Shown here one piece after another: positions 29,363 to 38,612 of a DNA stretch of 64,000 bases (position 1 is its first letter; every line of letters starts with the position of its first letter). The translations under genes were made by a program, and so were the position numbers. The notes beneath the pieces were generated by a model that did no database searches, was not told where the DNA came from, and worked only from the letters and a program-made list of their open reading frames with translations. Location: assembly GCA_015064185.1 (NCBI GenBank), contig SVSS01000004.1:7347-71346 (forward strand), written 5' to 3'. The stretch comes from Oscillospiraceae bacterium (GTDB lineage: Bacteria > Bacillota > Clostridia > Oscillospirales > CAG-272).

Positions 29363-30391
29363 ATGAAAAAAATTGTAACCTTTGGCGAGCTTATGCTCCG
29401 CCTTCAGCCCTATAACTACGAGAGATTCGTACAGTGCGACCATGTAGAGTTCACCTTTGGCGGTGGCGAGGCAAACGTTGCCGTTTCCCTTGCAAACTAC
29501 GGCATGGACGCCGTGTACGTAACCAAGCTCCCCACCCATGCGATCGGTCAGTCGGCTGTGAACAGCCTTCGCCGCTATGGCGTTGACACGACCAAGATCG
29601 TTCGTGGCGGTGACCGTGTAGGCATCTACTTCAACGAAAAGGGTGCTTCTCAGCGTGGCTCGGTTTGCATTTATGACCGCGCAAACTCCGCAATCGCAAA
29701 GGCAACCACTGCCGATTTCGATTGGGATGCGATCTTTGAGGGTGTAGAGTGGTTCCACTTTACCGGAATTACGCCGGCTCTGGGTCCGAACGTGGTTGAG
29801 ATCTGCCGCGAGGCCTGCAAGGCTGCAAAGGCAAAGGGTATCACCATTTCCTGCGACCTCAATTACCGCGGTAAGCTCTGGACCCGCGATGAGGCAAGAG
29901 CGGCTATGACCGATCTTTGCCAATACGTTGACGTTTGCATCTCCAACGAGGAGGACGCCAAGGACGTATTCGGCATTGAGGCTGAGGCTACCGATATCTA
30001 CGGCGGTAAGCTCAATCACGAGGGCTACAAGTCTGTTGCAAAGCAGCTTGCGGATAAGTTCGGCTTCACCTACGTTGCTATCACGCTTCGTGAGAGCCGC
30101 TCTGCATTTGACAACGGCTGGTCCGCTATGCTTTACGACGTTAAGGGCGACGAGTACTGCTTCTCCAAGAAGTACGACCTTCACATCATTGACCGCGTAG
30201 GCGGCGGTGACTCCTTTGGCGGCGGTCTTATTTACTCCCTGGTAAACGGCAAGTCCGCACAGGCTGCTGTTGAGTTTGCAGTTGCAGCTTCCGCGCTCAA
30301 GCACTCTATCGAGGGTGACTACAACATGGTTACCGTTGCAGAGGTTGAGAAGCTTGCAGGTGGCGACGGCTCCGGACGTATTCAGAGATAA
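29363..30391 (+). CDS. kdgK: 2-dehydro-3-deoxygluconokinase (PfkB family)
   Basis: PfkB signatures FGGGEANVA and DRVGGGDSFGGGLIY. Operon context. Confidence 0.87.
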   Translation: MKKIVTFGELMLRLQPYNYERFVQCDHVEFTFGGGEANVAVSLANYGMDAVYVTKLPTHAIGQSAVNSLRRYGVDTTKIVRGGDRVGIYFNEKGASQRGSVCIYDRANSAIAKATTADFDWDAIFEGVEWFHFTGITPALGPNVVEICREACKAAKAKGITISCDLNYRGKLWTRDEARAAMTDLCQYVDVCISNEEDAKDVFGIEAEATDIYGGKLNHEGYKSVAKQLADKFGFTYVAITLRESRSAFDNGWSAMLYDVKGDEYCFSKKYDLHIIDRVGGGDSFGGGLIYSLVNGKSAQAAVEFAVAASALKHSIEGDYNMVTVAEVEKLAGGDGSGRIQR

Positions 30392-30406
30392 AATAAACTA
30401 TATATA

Positions 30407-30448
30407 AAATAGAGCGAGGGAAAACCCCTCGCTCTATTTTAGTTTTGT
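30407..30448. terminator. Bidirectional intrinsic terminator after kdgK
   Basis: Stem AAAATAGAGCGAGGG/CCCTCGCTCTATTTT (30407-30420 / 30426-30440) followed by AGTTTTGT. Confidence 0.75.
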
Positions 30449-30484
30449 TGCCTTTTGAGAACCGCGCTGACGGTTCCTTCCCTT

Positions 30485-31126
30485 TTACTTTATAGCAGCA
30501 AGCACCTGCTCGCTGATCTGCTTCATACCAAGCTCAGTGGGGTGACCGTGGCTTTTGTCAATATCCGCAAGTGCGACATAGCAAAAGCCGTGCTTTTTGC
30601 AAGCATTGCTTATTGCATCGGTGATCTCGCTCTTGATACCGCAATTGCCGATAAATACCACCTTCGTATTGGGAAGCTCCTTTGCCAAGCGTGTTGCAAA
30701 ATAGCTGATCGCGGGAAGAACAAAGAAAAGGTCACTCTCCTCAATATTGCCGTCCTTCCATTCGCCAAGCGGTGCTTGCGACCAGCTGTCGTTTGTTCCG
30801 CCAAACACAAAGAGCGTATCGATCTTATTATGCGCAAAAAAGCCTTCCTTCAGTAAGGTTTCAAAGCGATAGATAAACGACGAGCTGTGCGAGCAGTCCT
30901 TGCCGTGCCATCCCGTATATCCGATCGTCGAGCCCGACCAGCTGTTATTTTGCACGAGCGTAGCGTCCGTTGCCTCGATTACTCTGCCCCACCAAGTATC
31001 CTTGACGTCAAAAACGTCGGGCTCCTTTTCGCGGTGTCCCGAATAGTAAACGGCAAAGCCCTCAGGGATATACCCCTCATACGTTGAATAACTGTCACCA
31101 AATATCATAATGTTGCCAAGCTTCAT
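30485..31126 (-). CDS. SGNH/GDSL-type hydrolase
   Basis: The N-terminal IMIFGDSYS block carries the GDS(x) catalytic motif. Start moved to the ATG at 31126 (AAGGAAAAG upstream), which avoids overlap with the upstream gene and its hairpin. Confidence 0.7.
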   Translation of the reverse strand: MKLGNIMIFGDSYSTYEGYIPEGFAVYYSGHREKEPDVFDVKDTWWGRVIEATDATLVQNNSWSGSTIGYTGWHGKDCSHSSSFIYRFETLLKEGFFAHNKIDTLFVFGGTNDSWSQAPLGEWKDGNIEESDLFFVLPAISYFATRLAKELPNTKVVFIGNCGIKSEITDAISNACKKHGFCYVALADIDKSHGHPTELGMKQISEQVLAAIK

Positions 31127-31162
31127 ATTATCTTTTCCTTTACATTGCAGTTTTAAATCAAC

Positions 31163-31186
31163 GGGGAGAGAACGCGTTCTCTCCCC
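31163..31186 (-). terminator. Hairpin downstream of the aminotransferase gene
   Basis: Perfect palindrome GGGGAGAGAACGCGTTCTCTCCCC. A T-rich tract is clearer on the + side. Confidence 0.4.
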
Positions 31187-31199
31187 ATTCATTTTATTT

Positions 31200-32480
31200 T
31201 CAAGCAAGCAGTTTTTCTACTGCTGCGAGTTTAACGCAGAGTGTAAGAACGTGCATTGCTGCCTCAAGATCCGCGTCAGACGGAAAAGTGGGCGCGATAC
31301 GGATGTTGCTGTCATCGGGGTCGTTACCGTAAGGATAGGTAGCGCCAACAGTGGTAAGCGTGACACCCGCAGCCTTGCAGAGCGCGTATGCGCGCTTTGC
31401 ACATCCCTTCATCGTATAAAGGCTGATGAAATAACCACCACGGGGGCTGGTCCAGCTTGCAGTGCCCGTGCCGCCAAGATCCTCGGTGAGGATGCGGTCA
31501 ACTGTTTCAAACTTGGGGCGGATGATGTCAGCAAGTGCCTTCATTTGGTTGATGATGCCCTCGGCATTCTTAAAGTAACGCACGTGGCGCATTTGGTTAA
31601 GCTTATCAAAGCCGATGGTCTGCGATGCCATGACCGACTTGATCTGCTTGATATTTGCCTCGGATGCGGCAACAATTGCAACGCCTGCACCGGGGAAGGA
31701 GATCTTGGAGGTGGAAGCGAAGTAGAATACACGATCCTCAGTACCTACCTCACGGCATGCGGCAAAAATATCATAAAGAGTATCGTTGCCCTCTGCCTTA
31801 TAAAGATCATGCACAGCATAAGCGTTATCCCAGAAGATGCGGAAATCGGGTGCGGCGGTCTTCATGGCGGCAAGGCGCTTAACAGTTTCGTCGGAGTAGG
31901 TAATGCCGTCGGGGTTTGAGTACTTGGGGTTACACCAAATACCCTTCACCGCAGGATCCTTTACAAGCTCCTCAACCACATCCATATCGGGACCGGTGGG
32001 GGTCATTGCCACGTTGATCATTTCAATACCGAGCGACTGACAAACACCGAAATGGCGGTCATAGCCGGGCACGGGGCAAATAAACTTCACCTTTTCCTCG
32101 CGCACCCAAGGACGCTCGCTACCCACTACGCCGTAAAGCATAGCGCGTGCCATAGCATCATACATAAGGTTAAGAGAAGAGTTACCGCCAACAATGATAC
32201 GCTCAGCGGGAATATCAAAAAGCTCAGCAAAAAGCTTCTTTGCCTCGGGAATACCGTCAAGCACGCCGTAGTTACGGTTGTCAAAGCCGTTTTCGGATCT
32301 GCAATCCTCGGTGGTCTTGAGGCATGTGAGCATATCGTTTACAAGGTCGATCTGCTTGCTGCCGGGCTTGCCGCGCGAAAGGTCAAGCGAAAGGCCCTTT
32401 TTGCAATATGCGTCATACTCCGCTTGCAGTGCCGCTTGCTCTTTTTTCAGTTCCTCAGCGTTCATTTGAGTGTAATTCAT
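31200..32480 (-). CDS. PLP-dependent aminotransferase (class I/II fold)
   Basis: 426 aa. LDLSRGKP near the N-terminus and an [11 protein letters not shown] lysine motif. Confidence 0.8.
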   Translation of the reverse strand: MNYTQMNAEELKKEQAALQAEYDAYCKKGLSLDLSRGKPGSKQIDLVNDMLTCLKTTEDCRSENGFDNRNYGVLDGIPEAKKLFAELFDIPAERIIVGGNSSLNLMYDAMARAMLYGVVGSERPWVREEKVKFICPVPGYDRHFGVCQSLGIEMINVAMTPTGPDMDVVEELVKDPAVKGIWCNPKYSNPDGITYSDETVKRLAAMKTAAPDFRIFWDNAYAVHDLYKAEGNDTLYDIFAACREVGTEDRVFYFASTSKISFPGAGVAIVAASEANIKQIKSVMASQTIGFDKLNQMRHVRYFKNAEGIINQMKALADIIRPKFETVDRILTEDLGGTGTASWTSPRGGYFISLYTMKGCAKRAYALCKAAGVTLTTVGATYPYGNDPDDSNIRIAPTFPSDADLEAAMHVLTLCVKLAAVEKLLA

Positions 32481-32560
32481 CTCAGTTTTCTCCTTTAAGA
32501 AAAATACGGTTTTCGCATTTAAAAATCAAAGAAATTGCAAAAAAGCCGTCACTGTTAATC

Positions 32561-32589
32561 AGTATAGCATAATTCTGCAAGAATTGCAA
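32561..32589 (-). promoter_or_regulatory. Sigma-A-type promoter of the aminotransferase gene
   Basis: On the minus strand: TTGCAA (32584-32589), 17-nt spacer, TATACT (32561-32566) with an upstream TG. Confidence 0.45.
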
Positions 32590-32609
32590 GTATAAATTGC
32601 ATTTTTCTG

Positions 32610-35057
32610 CTATAAATTGTTGTTTTTTTTCTCGTTTTCCTGCCAAAAAAGCTTCATGCGATATGAAAGCGACTTGGCATCCCCCGCCGCCGTGATATTT
32701 TGCCAATGCGCAGGGTAAAGATGCAGGTAGGGCTCCTCGGCGTAGCGGCTGTCTATCAGAACGACAATGCCCTTATCCTCCTCGCGGCGAATCACGCGCC
32801 CTGCCGCTTGCAGTACGCGATTCATGCCCGGGTAGGTATAGGCATAATCGTATCCTCGCTCGCATTTATTTTCATAGTAGTCACGCAGAATATTGCGCTC
32901 GTTTGAAAGCCCGGGGATACCAACACCGACAATCACACTGCCAATGAGGCGACTGCCCGGCAGATCCACACCCTCCGAAAAGCTGCCGCCAAGCACGCAA
33001 AAGCCGACGCGCAAATGCCCCTCATCCGCCTTGAATGCCGCCAAAAAGTCATCGCGCTCACGGGCACTCATACCGGGGCGCTGTACAACACATTCAACCT
33101 GCCCATACCGTGCGGCAAATTTTTCATATACGCGGTCAAGGTACTCATATGACGGAAAATATACCATGTAATTTCCCGCCTTGGCACTCACAGCGGCAGC
33201 AATATAGGTTGCGATGCGTTTATACGATTTTTCCCGGTCCTCCATACGCGTGCTGATCGTGGGCACAACGGTAAGACACAGGTTTTCGGGCGCATAGGGT
33301 GACGGCAGAGCAAGGGTAACAGCACTCTTTCCGCCTCCCAAAACATCGGAAAAATAATCAAGGGGAGTAAGGGTAGCCGAGAAAAAGACCGCCGCCTTTG
33401 CTCTCGCGGTAGCGGTGTCAAGAACACCGGATGGATCAAGGCAATAGAGTTGAATGGAAAATTTACCGTGCACTAGCTCGGCAAAGGTGAGAAAACGCGT
33501 ATCATAATACGCTGCAATACCAACAAAGCGGCGCAAAACCGAAGCAAGGTCCATCAGCTCCCCCGAAAGTGGGTGCATCGGGTCAGACTTTACAAAAGCA
33601 TCCAGCGCACGGCGGCATTGCTCCGCCTGCTCTGCAACCTGCTCCGAAGGCTCACGGTTGACGTAATATCCGCTTTCGGTTCCATCCTCGTGCTTTTGAC
33701 GGTTTTCCGTGCAAAGCCTTGCCATGCGGCGCATGGTCATCAAAAAGCCGCCAAGGGCACTCTCCAGCTTTTCATCCGCCGGATCCACGCGGGCATAGAC
33801 TGCCTCAAAGGGCTCACTTGACAGGCGCGCCGAATACATATCGCGTGCACGATCGGGAAGGTTGTGTGCCTCGTCGACCAAAAACACATATTCGCCGCGC
33901 TCCCCTTCCGATGCATCAAAATAGCGACGCAAATATACAGAAGGGTCAAACACATAATTATAGTCACAAATAATGATCTCACAAAACCGCGAAAGATCAA
34001 GGGATAATTCATATGGGCAGATGCTATGCTTTCTCGCCATTTTTTCAAGAAGCACGCGAGGAAAGCCGTTGTTTCCTTCAAGAAGCTCGGTAAGTGCAGC
34101 ATCCACACGATCGTAATATCCGCGCGCATAAGGGCACTCCTCGGGATTGCAGCGCGATGCCGCGCCGTTTTTGCAGCCCCCCTCGTTAAGGCAAAGCTGC
34201 TCCTTGGCATAGAGCACCACAGTGCGGAGCTTGGCACCCGACAAAAAGATTTTTGCAGCGGCGGCATATGCCTCGCGGCGCGTGCTTGCCTTTGCCGTCA
34301 GATAAAAAATGCGCTCACACAGCGAATTACCGAGAGCCTTGACCGCGGGATAAAGCACAGACATGGTCTTGCCAATGCCCGTAGGTGCCTGTGCAAACAG
34401 TCTTTTCCCCTTGCGAACGGTACGAAAAACTGTTTCAGCAAGCTCTGTCTGACCCTCGCGGGGGTTTTCGTAAGGAAAGCCGATGCCCGCAACCGAGGGA
34501 ATATACTCGGTTTTGCGAAGCATTTCAAAGCGCGCAAAAAACTCAATACGGGCCAAAAGCGAATGGTAAAAGGCGCGCAGCTCCTCACGCGTTGCCTCGC
34601 TGTAGCTATCACGCACCGTGTCCCTTTCGGGATCATACACACGCATGCGCATACGGATGCGAGAGAGCCGTTTGTCTTCACAAAGGAAATGCGCATAGCA
34701 TCGAAGCTGAGAATAGGCATCCTCTCGCGGTGCTGACACATAACGGCGCCCTTGCACGGTCTTGATCTCCTCTACCGTGACAGTATTCCCCTCTTCAATG
34801 ACACCGTCGGCACGCCCCTCTACAGTATAAAACATGCCGTTATAGAGTGTGGTATTTCTTAAAAATACCTCTGCCTTGTAGGAGGCGCCTTCCTTAGCCT
34901 GCAATTTGCGGTGTGCTTCACTGCCCTTTTGCAGATCTCTTTTACTTTTTGGGGGATGGCGCGCATCAATGCTACCGCTTTTGTGCGCCATGGCACACAG
35001 CTCGGTAACCGATAATTCTATTGCCGCTGTTTCGATGCAGTACTGCAATCCGCACAC
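32610..35057 (-). CDS. DinG/XPD(Rad3)-family Fe-S helicase with an N-terminal PD-(D/E)XK nuclease domain
   Basis: Walker A AQAPTGIGKT, DEAH box VDEAHNL, a four-Cys cluster (CLNEGGCKNGAASRCNPEEC) between them, and a C-terminal helicase lobe. The N-terminal ~190 aa carry GRADGV (D84), EEIKT (E97, K99) and QLRCY (Q117, Y121). Confidence 0.85.
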   Translation of the reverse strand: MCGLQYCIETAAIELSVTELCAMAHKSGSIDARHPPKSKRDLQKGSEAHRKLQAKEGASYKAEVFLRNTTLYNGMFYTVEGRADGVIEEGNTVTVEEIKTVQGRRYVSAPREDAYSQLRCYAHFLCEDKRLSRIRMRMRVYDPERDTVRDSYSEATREELRAFYHSLLARIEFFARFEMLRKTEYIPSVAGIGFPYENPREGQTELAETVFRTVRKGKRLFAQAPTGIGKTMSVLYPAVKALGNSLCERIFYLTAKASTRREAYAAAAKIFLSGAKLRTVVLYAKEQLCLNEGGCKNGAASRCNPEECPYARGYYDRVDAALTELLEGNNGFPRVLLEKMARKHSICPYELSLDLSRFCEIIICDYNYVFDPSVYLRRYFDASEGERGEYVFLVDEAHNLPDRARDMYSARLSSEPFEAVYARVDPADEKLESALGGFLMTMRRMARLCTENRQKHEDGTESGYYVNREPSEQVAEQAEQCRRALDAFVKSDPMHPLSGELMDLASVLRRFVGIAAYYDTRFLTFAELVHGKFSIQLYCLDPSGVLDTATARAKAAVFFSATLTPLDYFSDVLGGGKSAVTLALPSPYAPENLCLTVVPTISTRMEDREKSYKRIATYIAAAVSAKAGNYMVYFPSYEYLDRVYEKFAARYGQVECVVQRPGMSARERDDFLAAFKADEGHLRVGFCVLGGSFSEGVDLPGSRLIGSVIVGVGIPGLSNERNILRDYYENKCERGYDYAYTYPGMNRVLQAAGRVIRREEDKGIVVLIDSRYAEEPYLHLYPAHWQNITAAGDAKSLSYRMKLFWQENEKKNNNL

Positions 35058-35239
35058 CTCCCCTACATATATTTATTAATGATATTTTATCACAGTAACC
35101 GCGGAAAGTCAACGGGCGTTCTTGGGCAAAACTGCCTTTAAAATTACCATTATTTTAGGGGTAGCCAGAACGGCACTTTTGGCTTATAATGATACTACTG
35201 TGAAGAACACCAAAAAATCCTGTGAAAGGCGGTGATTGA

Positions 35240-35845
35240 ATGGAATGGATCAGAATCAGCAGCAACAAATTAAAGATCATGCTGACTGCCGAGGATGCCG
35301 CGCGCTACGCACTTTGCCCAGACACCGCCGATTATGCCGATACCGTAACAAGGCGCGCGTTCAAAGCGATTTTAACCGACATGCGGCACGAAACGGGCTT
35401 TGATGCCGCAGATGATAAGGTATATATACAAATGTACCCTTCTCGGGAGGGCGGGTGCGAGCTGTTTGTGACCAAAATGGGTATTGAAGTGATTGCCAAA
35501 CGCAGTGACACCGCGAATACATATAAATCTCAGAAAAGCGAACGCCATCCGCGCCAGCGACGCAGCCTTGCCTTTTGCTTTGCACACGTGTCTGACCTGA
35601 TCGCCGTGTGCCGCAGGCTTAGCACCTTGCATTACAAGGGGGAAAGCCGCGCGTGGCTTGACGATACGGGGCGATACTGGCTGTTTCTCACCGAGGAAGG
35701 AAATCCCCTGACCGCGCGCGAGGACTATGCATTTGTCATGGAATACGGCGAGATTGAAAGTAAGGAGAACGCAGAAATCATGCTGCCGGAGCACGGCAAG
35801 CTGCTTTGCGAGAGGCGCGCCGTGGAAACATTGGGCGATTTATAA
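35240..35845 (+). CDS. mecA: Adaptor protein MecA (ClpC adaptor)
   Basis: N-terminus MEWIRISSNKLKIMLTAEDAARY, with C-terminal EYGE..LPEHGKLL..AVETL matching the MecA layout. Confidence 0.75.
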   Translation: MEWIRISSNKLKIMLTAEDAARYALCPDTADYADTVTRRAFKAILTDMRHETGFDAADDKVYIQMYPSREGGCELFVTKMGIEVIAKRSDTANTYKSQKSERHPRQRRSLAFCFAHVSDLIAVCRRLSTLHYKGESRAWLDDTGRYWLFLTEEGNPLTAREDYAFVMEYGEIESKENAEIMLPEHGKLLCERRAVETLGDL

Positions 35846-36026
35846 TGAAATAAGGCAGAGGAAAGTGTGAGGTTCTTAGCGGAGAATTTTCACCTTGACA
35901 AAAGTGCAAGCATCGCATTTGTCTGTACAAATGCAAAAGGGCTAAGCCCAAACCCATATAACAAGCAGAAAGAGCAAGAGTAAAAGGAAACAAATCCTTC
36001 TATCCTTGCTCTGTTCGTCTTTATGG

Positions 36027-36231
36027 ATGAATTGATGCTGACGCATCATGAATTGGCTTCTCCATGATTTCTCGTCGGCGTGCCGCCTCCTCCATGAATT
36101 GAATTGCAACCAATGTGCCAAGGGCACAATTCATGCCGCAGGCAATTCACGAAAGCACAGCTTTCAATTTACGCAACCGCGAGGTTGCAATTCATTGCGT
36201 GTTCTCCGTTAAGGACAACACGCTAAATTCT
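36027..36231. repeat. Array of short hairpins punctuated by ATGAATTG / CAATTCAT octamers (unassigned RNA or DNA element)
   Basis: ATGAATTG at 36027, 36048 and 36094. Reverse-complement CAATTCAT/CAATTCAC/CAATTTAC at 36127, 36143, 36165 and 36188. Back-to-back hairpins at 36115-36127, 36134-36144, 36151-36165, 36173-36188 and 36197-36223, each followed by AATTCA-like spacers. Confidence 0.6.
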
Positions 36232-36254
36232 CTGCCTTGTTTCTTTCATGCATA

Positions 36255-37352
36255 TTAAATTTTGAGCGCTTTCGTTAATACGCCGCCAATTACTTGTGCA
36301 ATGCGGAAGAAGCCGAGGTCATTGGGATGTGCACCGTCAACCGTACAGGTATCCCACATCTCACCTTCAAGCAAGCTTTCACCGTCCACGAAATACACGT
36401 TCTTATCTCCTTCGGCAAGAGCTCTTTCATAGTTTGAACGAATGATCTCGCGGCGCGTGAAAAGGAACCCACGGCCTGCATAATTGGCGTTACCGAGAAG
36501 CTTAACGTTAGAGGCCGTCATAAAGATGATCGGGATATCGGGATGCGTTTCGCGCACCTTTTTATAAAAGGGCCAGTGCGTATCAATGAGGTTTTGCTCA
36601 CTGGGGGTGTTATGATCGTAATCAAACACAAACGCGGTCATGTCGAGCGTGGCAATGTATTCCGCCATCGGGAACTCGCCCTTTGCTTTGCCAGCGAAGC
36701 CGAGGTTGATAATATCTGCATCAAGCATACGGGCAATCATTGCGGGGTAGGAGTTACCGGGGCGCGAGGCAACCGCGCCTTGCGTTGCGGAATTACCGTA
36801 AAATACGATCGGCTTTTCGATGGTATAGGGCGTGGGAGCTGAGAGGTGCGAGCCCTTTTTGAGGCCGATATACAGCGCCTTTACCCTGTCAAAAAGCGGG
36901 AAGTTAATGGTGTAATCGCAATATTTACCGTCAGTGGACTTGCCCGAGGAATATCCCTCGGTAATGCCCTGAGGCGGAATAAAGGATTTATAGTACATTT
37001 CCCTGCCGCCCTCAAGCCCCTCTACCTTGCGGTAAAGATCAAAGCCGGTCTGACCCGTTTTGGGCATATGGGACATGGGGGTAATGTTGCGCATCACTGC
37101 CTTAATGGCAATATAGGTGGAATCGGTACGGAAGCGCACACGGCCGCCCGTTGTCAGCCTGCGAACGCTGGTAACGCCGGGTGAAACGCGCTCTGCCGCC
37201 TCCTTAGGCATACGTGTATAAAGTCCCTCTTCCTCCTCAAATTTTACACCGCAGATCTCAAACGGCGCATCTTCAATATTAAACCAAATAAGATCGGGCT
37301 CGGTGACTTCGGTTTCAACCACTAAATTCTTGTCAATTGCATCAATTCTCAT
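36255..37352 (-). CDS. SGNH-type esterase with N-terminal GxDLY domain (tandem paralog 1)
   Basis: GFDLY motif, then FYGNSATQG..SRPGNSYPAMIAR and a C-terminal DGAHPNDLGF block. Confidence 0.82.
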   Translation of the reverse strand: MRIDAIDKNLVVETEVTEPDLIWFNIEDAPFEICGVKFEEEEGLYTRMPKEAAERVSPGVTSVRRLTTGGRVRFRTDSTYIAIKAVMRNITPMSHMPKTGQTGFDLYRKVEGLEGGREMYYKSFIPPQGITEGYSSGKSTDGKYCDYTINFPLFDRVKALYIGLKKGSHLSAPTPYTIEKPIVFYGNSATQGAVASRPGNSYPAMIARMLDADIINLGFAGKAKGEFPMAEYIATLDMTAFVFDYDHNTPSEQNLIDTHWPFYKKVRETHPDIPIIFMTASNVKLLGNANYAGRGFLFTRREIIRSNYERALAEGDKNVYFVDGESLLEGEMWDTCTVDGAHPNDLGFFRIAQVIGGVLTKALKI

Positions 37353-37356
37353 AATA

Positions 37357-38448
37357 TTACTCCTTGATCTTCAATGCCTTTTTCAGCACCTTGCCGATGA
37401 CCTGCGACATACGGTAGAAGCCAAGGTCGTTGGGGTGCGTGCCGTCAACCGTGCAGGAATCCCAATGCTTGCCGCCAAAGAGCGTGTAGCCGTCAATAAA
37501 ATAGACATTTTTATCGCCTGCGGCAATGGCATTTTCATAAGTCTTGCGAATGATCTCGCGACGATTGTAAAGGAAACCGCGCCCGGCATAGTTGACGTTG
37601 CCCTGCAATTTTGTATTGGGGGCGGTCACCATAATGATCGGGATATCGGGATGCGCAGCACGCACCTTTTTATAAAAGGGCTCATGCGTATCGATTAAGT
37701 TCTGCTCGCTGGGGGTATTGTGGTCGTAATCAAGTACAAACGCACTCATTGGAAGCGAAGCCACATAATCCGCCATACCGGGCTCACCCTTTGCCTTACC
37801 CGAAAAGCCGAGGTTAAGGAAGTTGACGTCAAGCTCACGGCTGATCATGGCAGGATAGGTGTTGCCGGGACGAGAGGCACAGCCACCGTGCGTAATAGAA
37901 GACCCGTAAAATACCACGGGCACCTCCTCTTTGTAGGGTGTGGGCGCACTTAAACGAGAGCCCTTTTTGAGTGCCACGTAAAGTTCAAGCACACCATCAT
38001 AAATCGGGAAATTGATGGTATAATCATTATATTTCCCATCGGTTTTCTTACCCGAGGAGTAGCCCTCGGTGATCCCAATGGGCGGCATAAAGGAAAAATA
38101 ATACACGTCCTTGCCACGTTTTTTGTGGTAAAGGTCAAAGCCCGAGTGCCCCAGCCACGTCATATGAGAGGTGGGGGCAACGTTTTTTTGTACCACCTTG
38201 ATGGCGATGTAAGAGGAATCGGTCTTAAAGCGAACGCGCCCGCCCGATGTCAGCTTGCGTCCGCTAACGATACCGGGAGAAGCAAGCTCTGCCGCAGCCC
38301 TCGGCATGCGGGTATAACGACCCTCCGCCTCTTCAAATTCCACGCCGTAGATCTGAAAAGGCGCCTCCTTGATATTAAACCACACGAGGTCGGGCTCGGT
38401 AATATCGGTTTCAACGATAAAATTTCTATCGATATCTTCTATTCTCAT
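37357..38448 (-). CDS. SGNH-type esterase with N-terminal GxDLY domain (tandem paralog 2)
   Basis: Collinear with the downstream paralog (GFDLY, FYGSSITHG, DGTHPNDLGF). Only 4 nt separate the two genes. Confidence 0.82.
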   Translation of the reverse strand: MRIEDIDRNFIVETDITEPDLVWFNIKEAPFQIYGVEFEEAEGRYTRMPRAAAELASPGIVSGRKLTSGGRVRFKTDSSYIAIKVVQKNVAPTSHMTWLGHSGFDLYHKKRGKDVYYFSFMPPIGITEGYSSGKKTDGKYNDYTINFPIYDGVLELYVALKKGSRLSAPTPYKEEVPVVFYGSSITHGGCASRPGNTYPAMISRELDVNFLNLGFSGKAKGEPGMADYVASLPMSAFVLDYDHNTPSEQNLIDTHEPFYKKVRAAHPDIPIIMVTAPNTKLQGNVNYAGRGFLYNRREIIRKTYENAIAAGDKNVYFIDGYTLFGGKHWDSCTVDGTHPNDLGFYRMSQVIGKVLKKALKIKE

Positions 38449-38552
38449 TGAATTTACCTCTTTTCTGCGAGCAATAGCTGCTTTTTAACACTTGAATTTT
38501 ATCATACAGTACACAGAAAGTCAATGATTTTAAAAATTTTTTCGCACCATTA

Positions 38553-38581
38553 TTGCAACTTGTCATAAACTTTGTTATAAT
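38553..38581 (+). promoter_or_regulatory. Sigma-A-type promoter of the udg-AEC operon
   Basis: TTGCAA (38553-38558), 17-nt spacer, TATAAT (38576-38581). Confidence 0.5.
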
Positions 38582-38612
38582 ATTTAAAGTTCTTGAAAAC
38601 GGAGAGTAAAGC

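Noticed and set aside
36048-36212. 54-codon ORF (MNWLLHDFSSACRLLHELNCNQCAKG..) covering the hairpin array
   Set aside because: It has no RBS. The repeat periodicity is not a multiple of three, so the conserved AATTCA units fall in different frames. The structure is better explained at the nucleotide level.
35846-36254. Known ncRNA classes (6S RNA, tmRNA, SRP RNA, RNase P, riboswitch) for the mecA-esterase spacer
   Set aside because: No tRNA-like ends, tag ORF, conserved SRP/RNase P boxes or riboswitch cores are recognisable by eye. Only partial long-range pairing was found, so no family is claimed.
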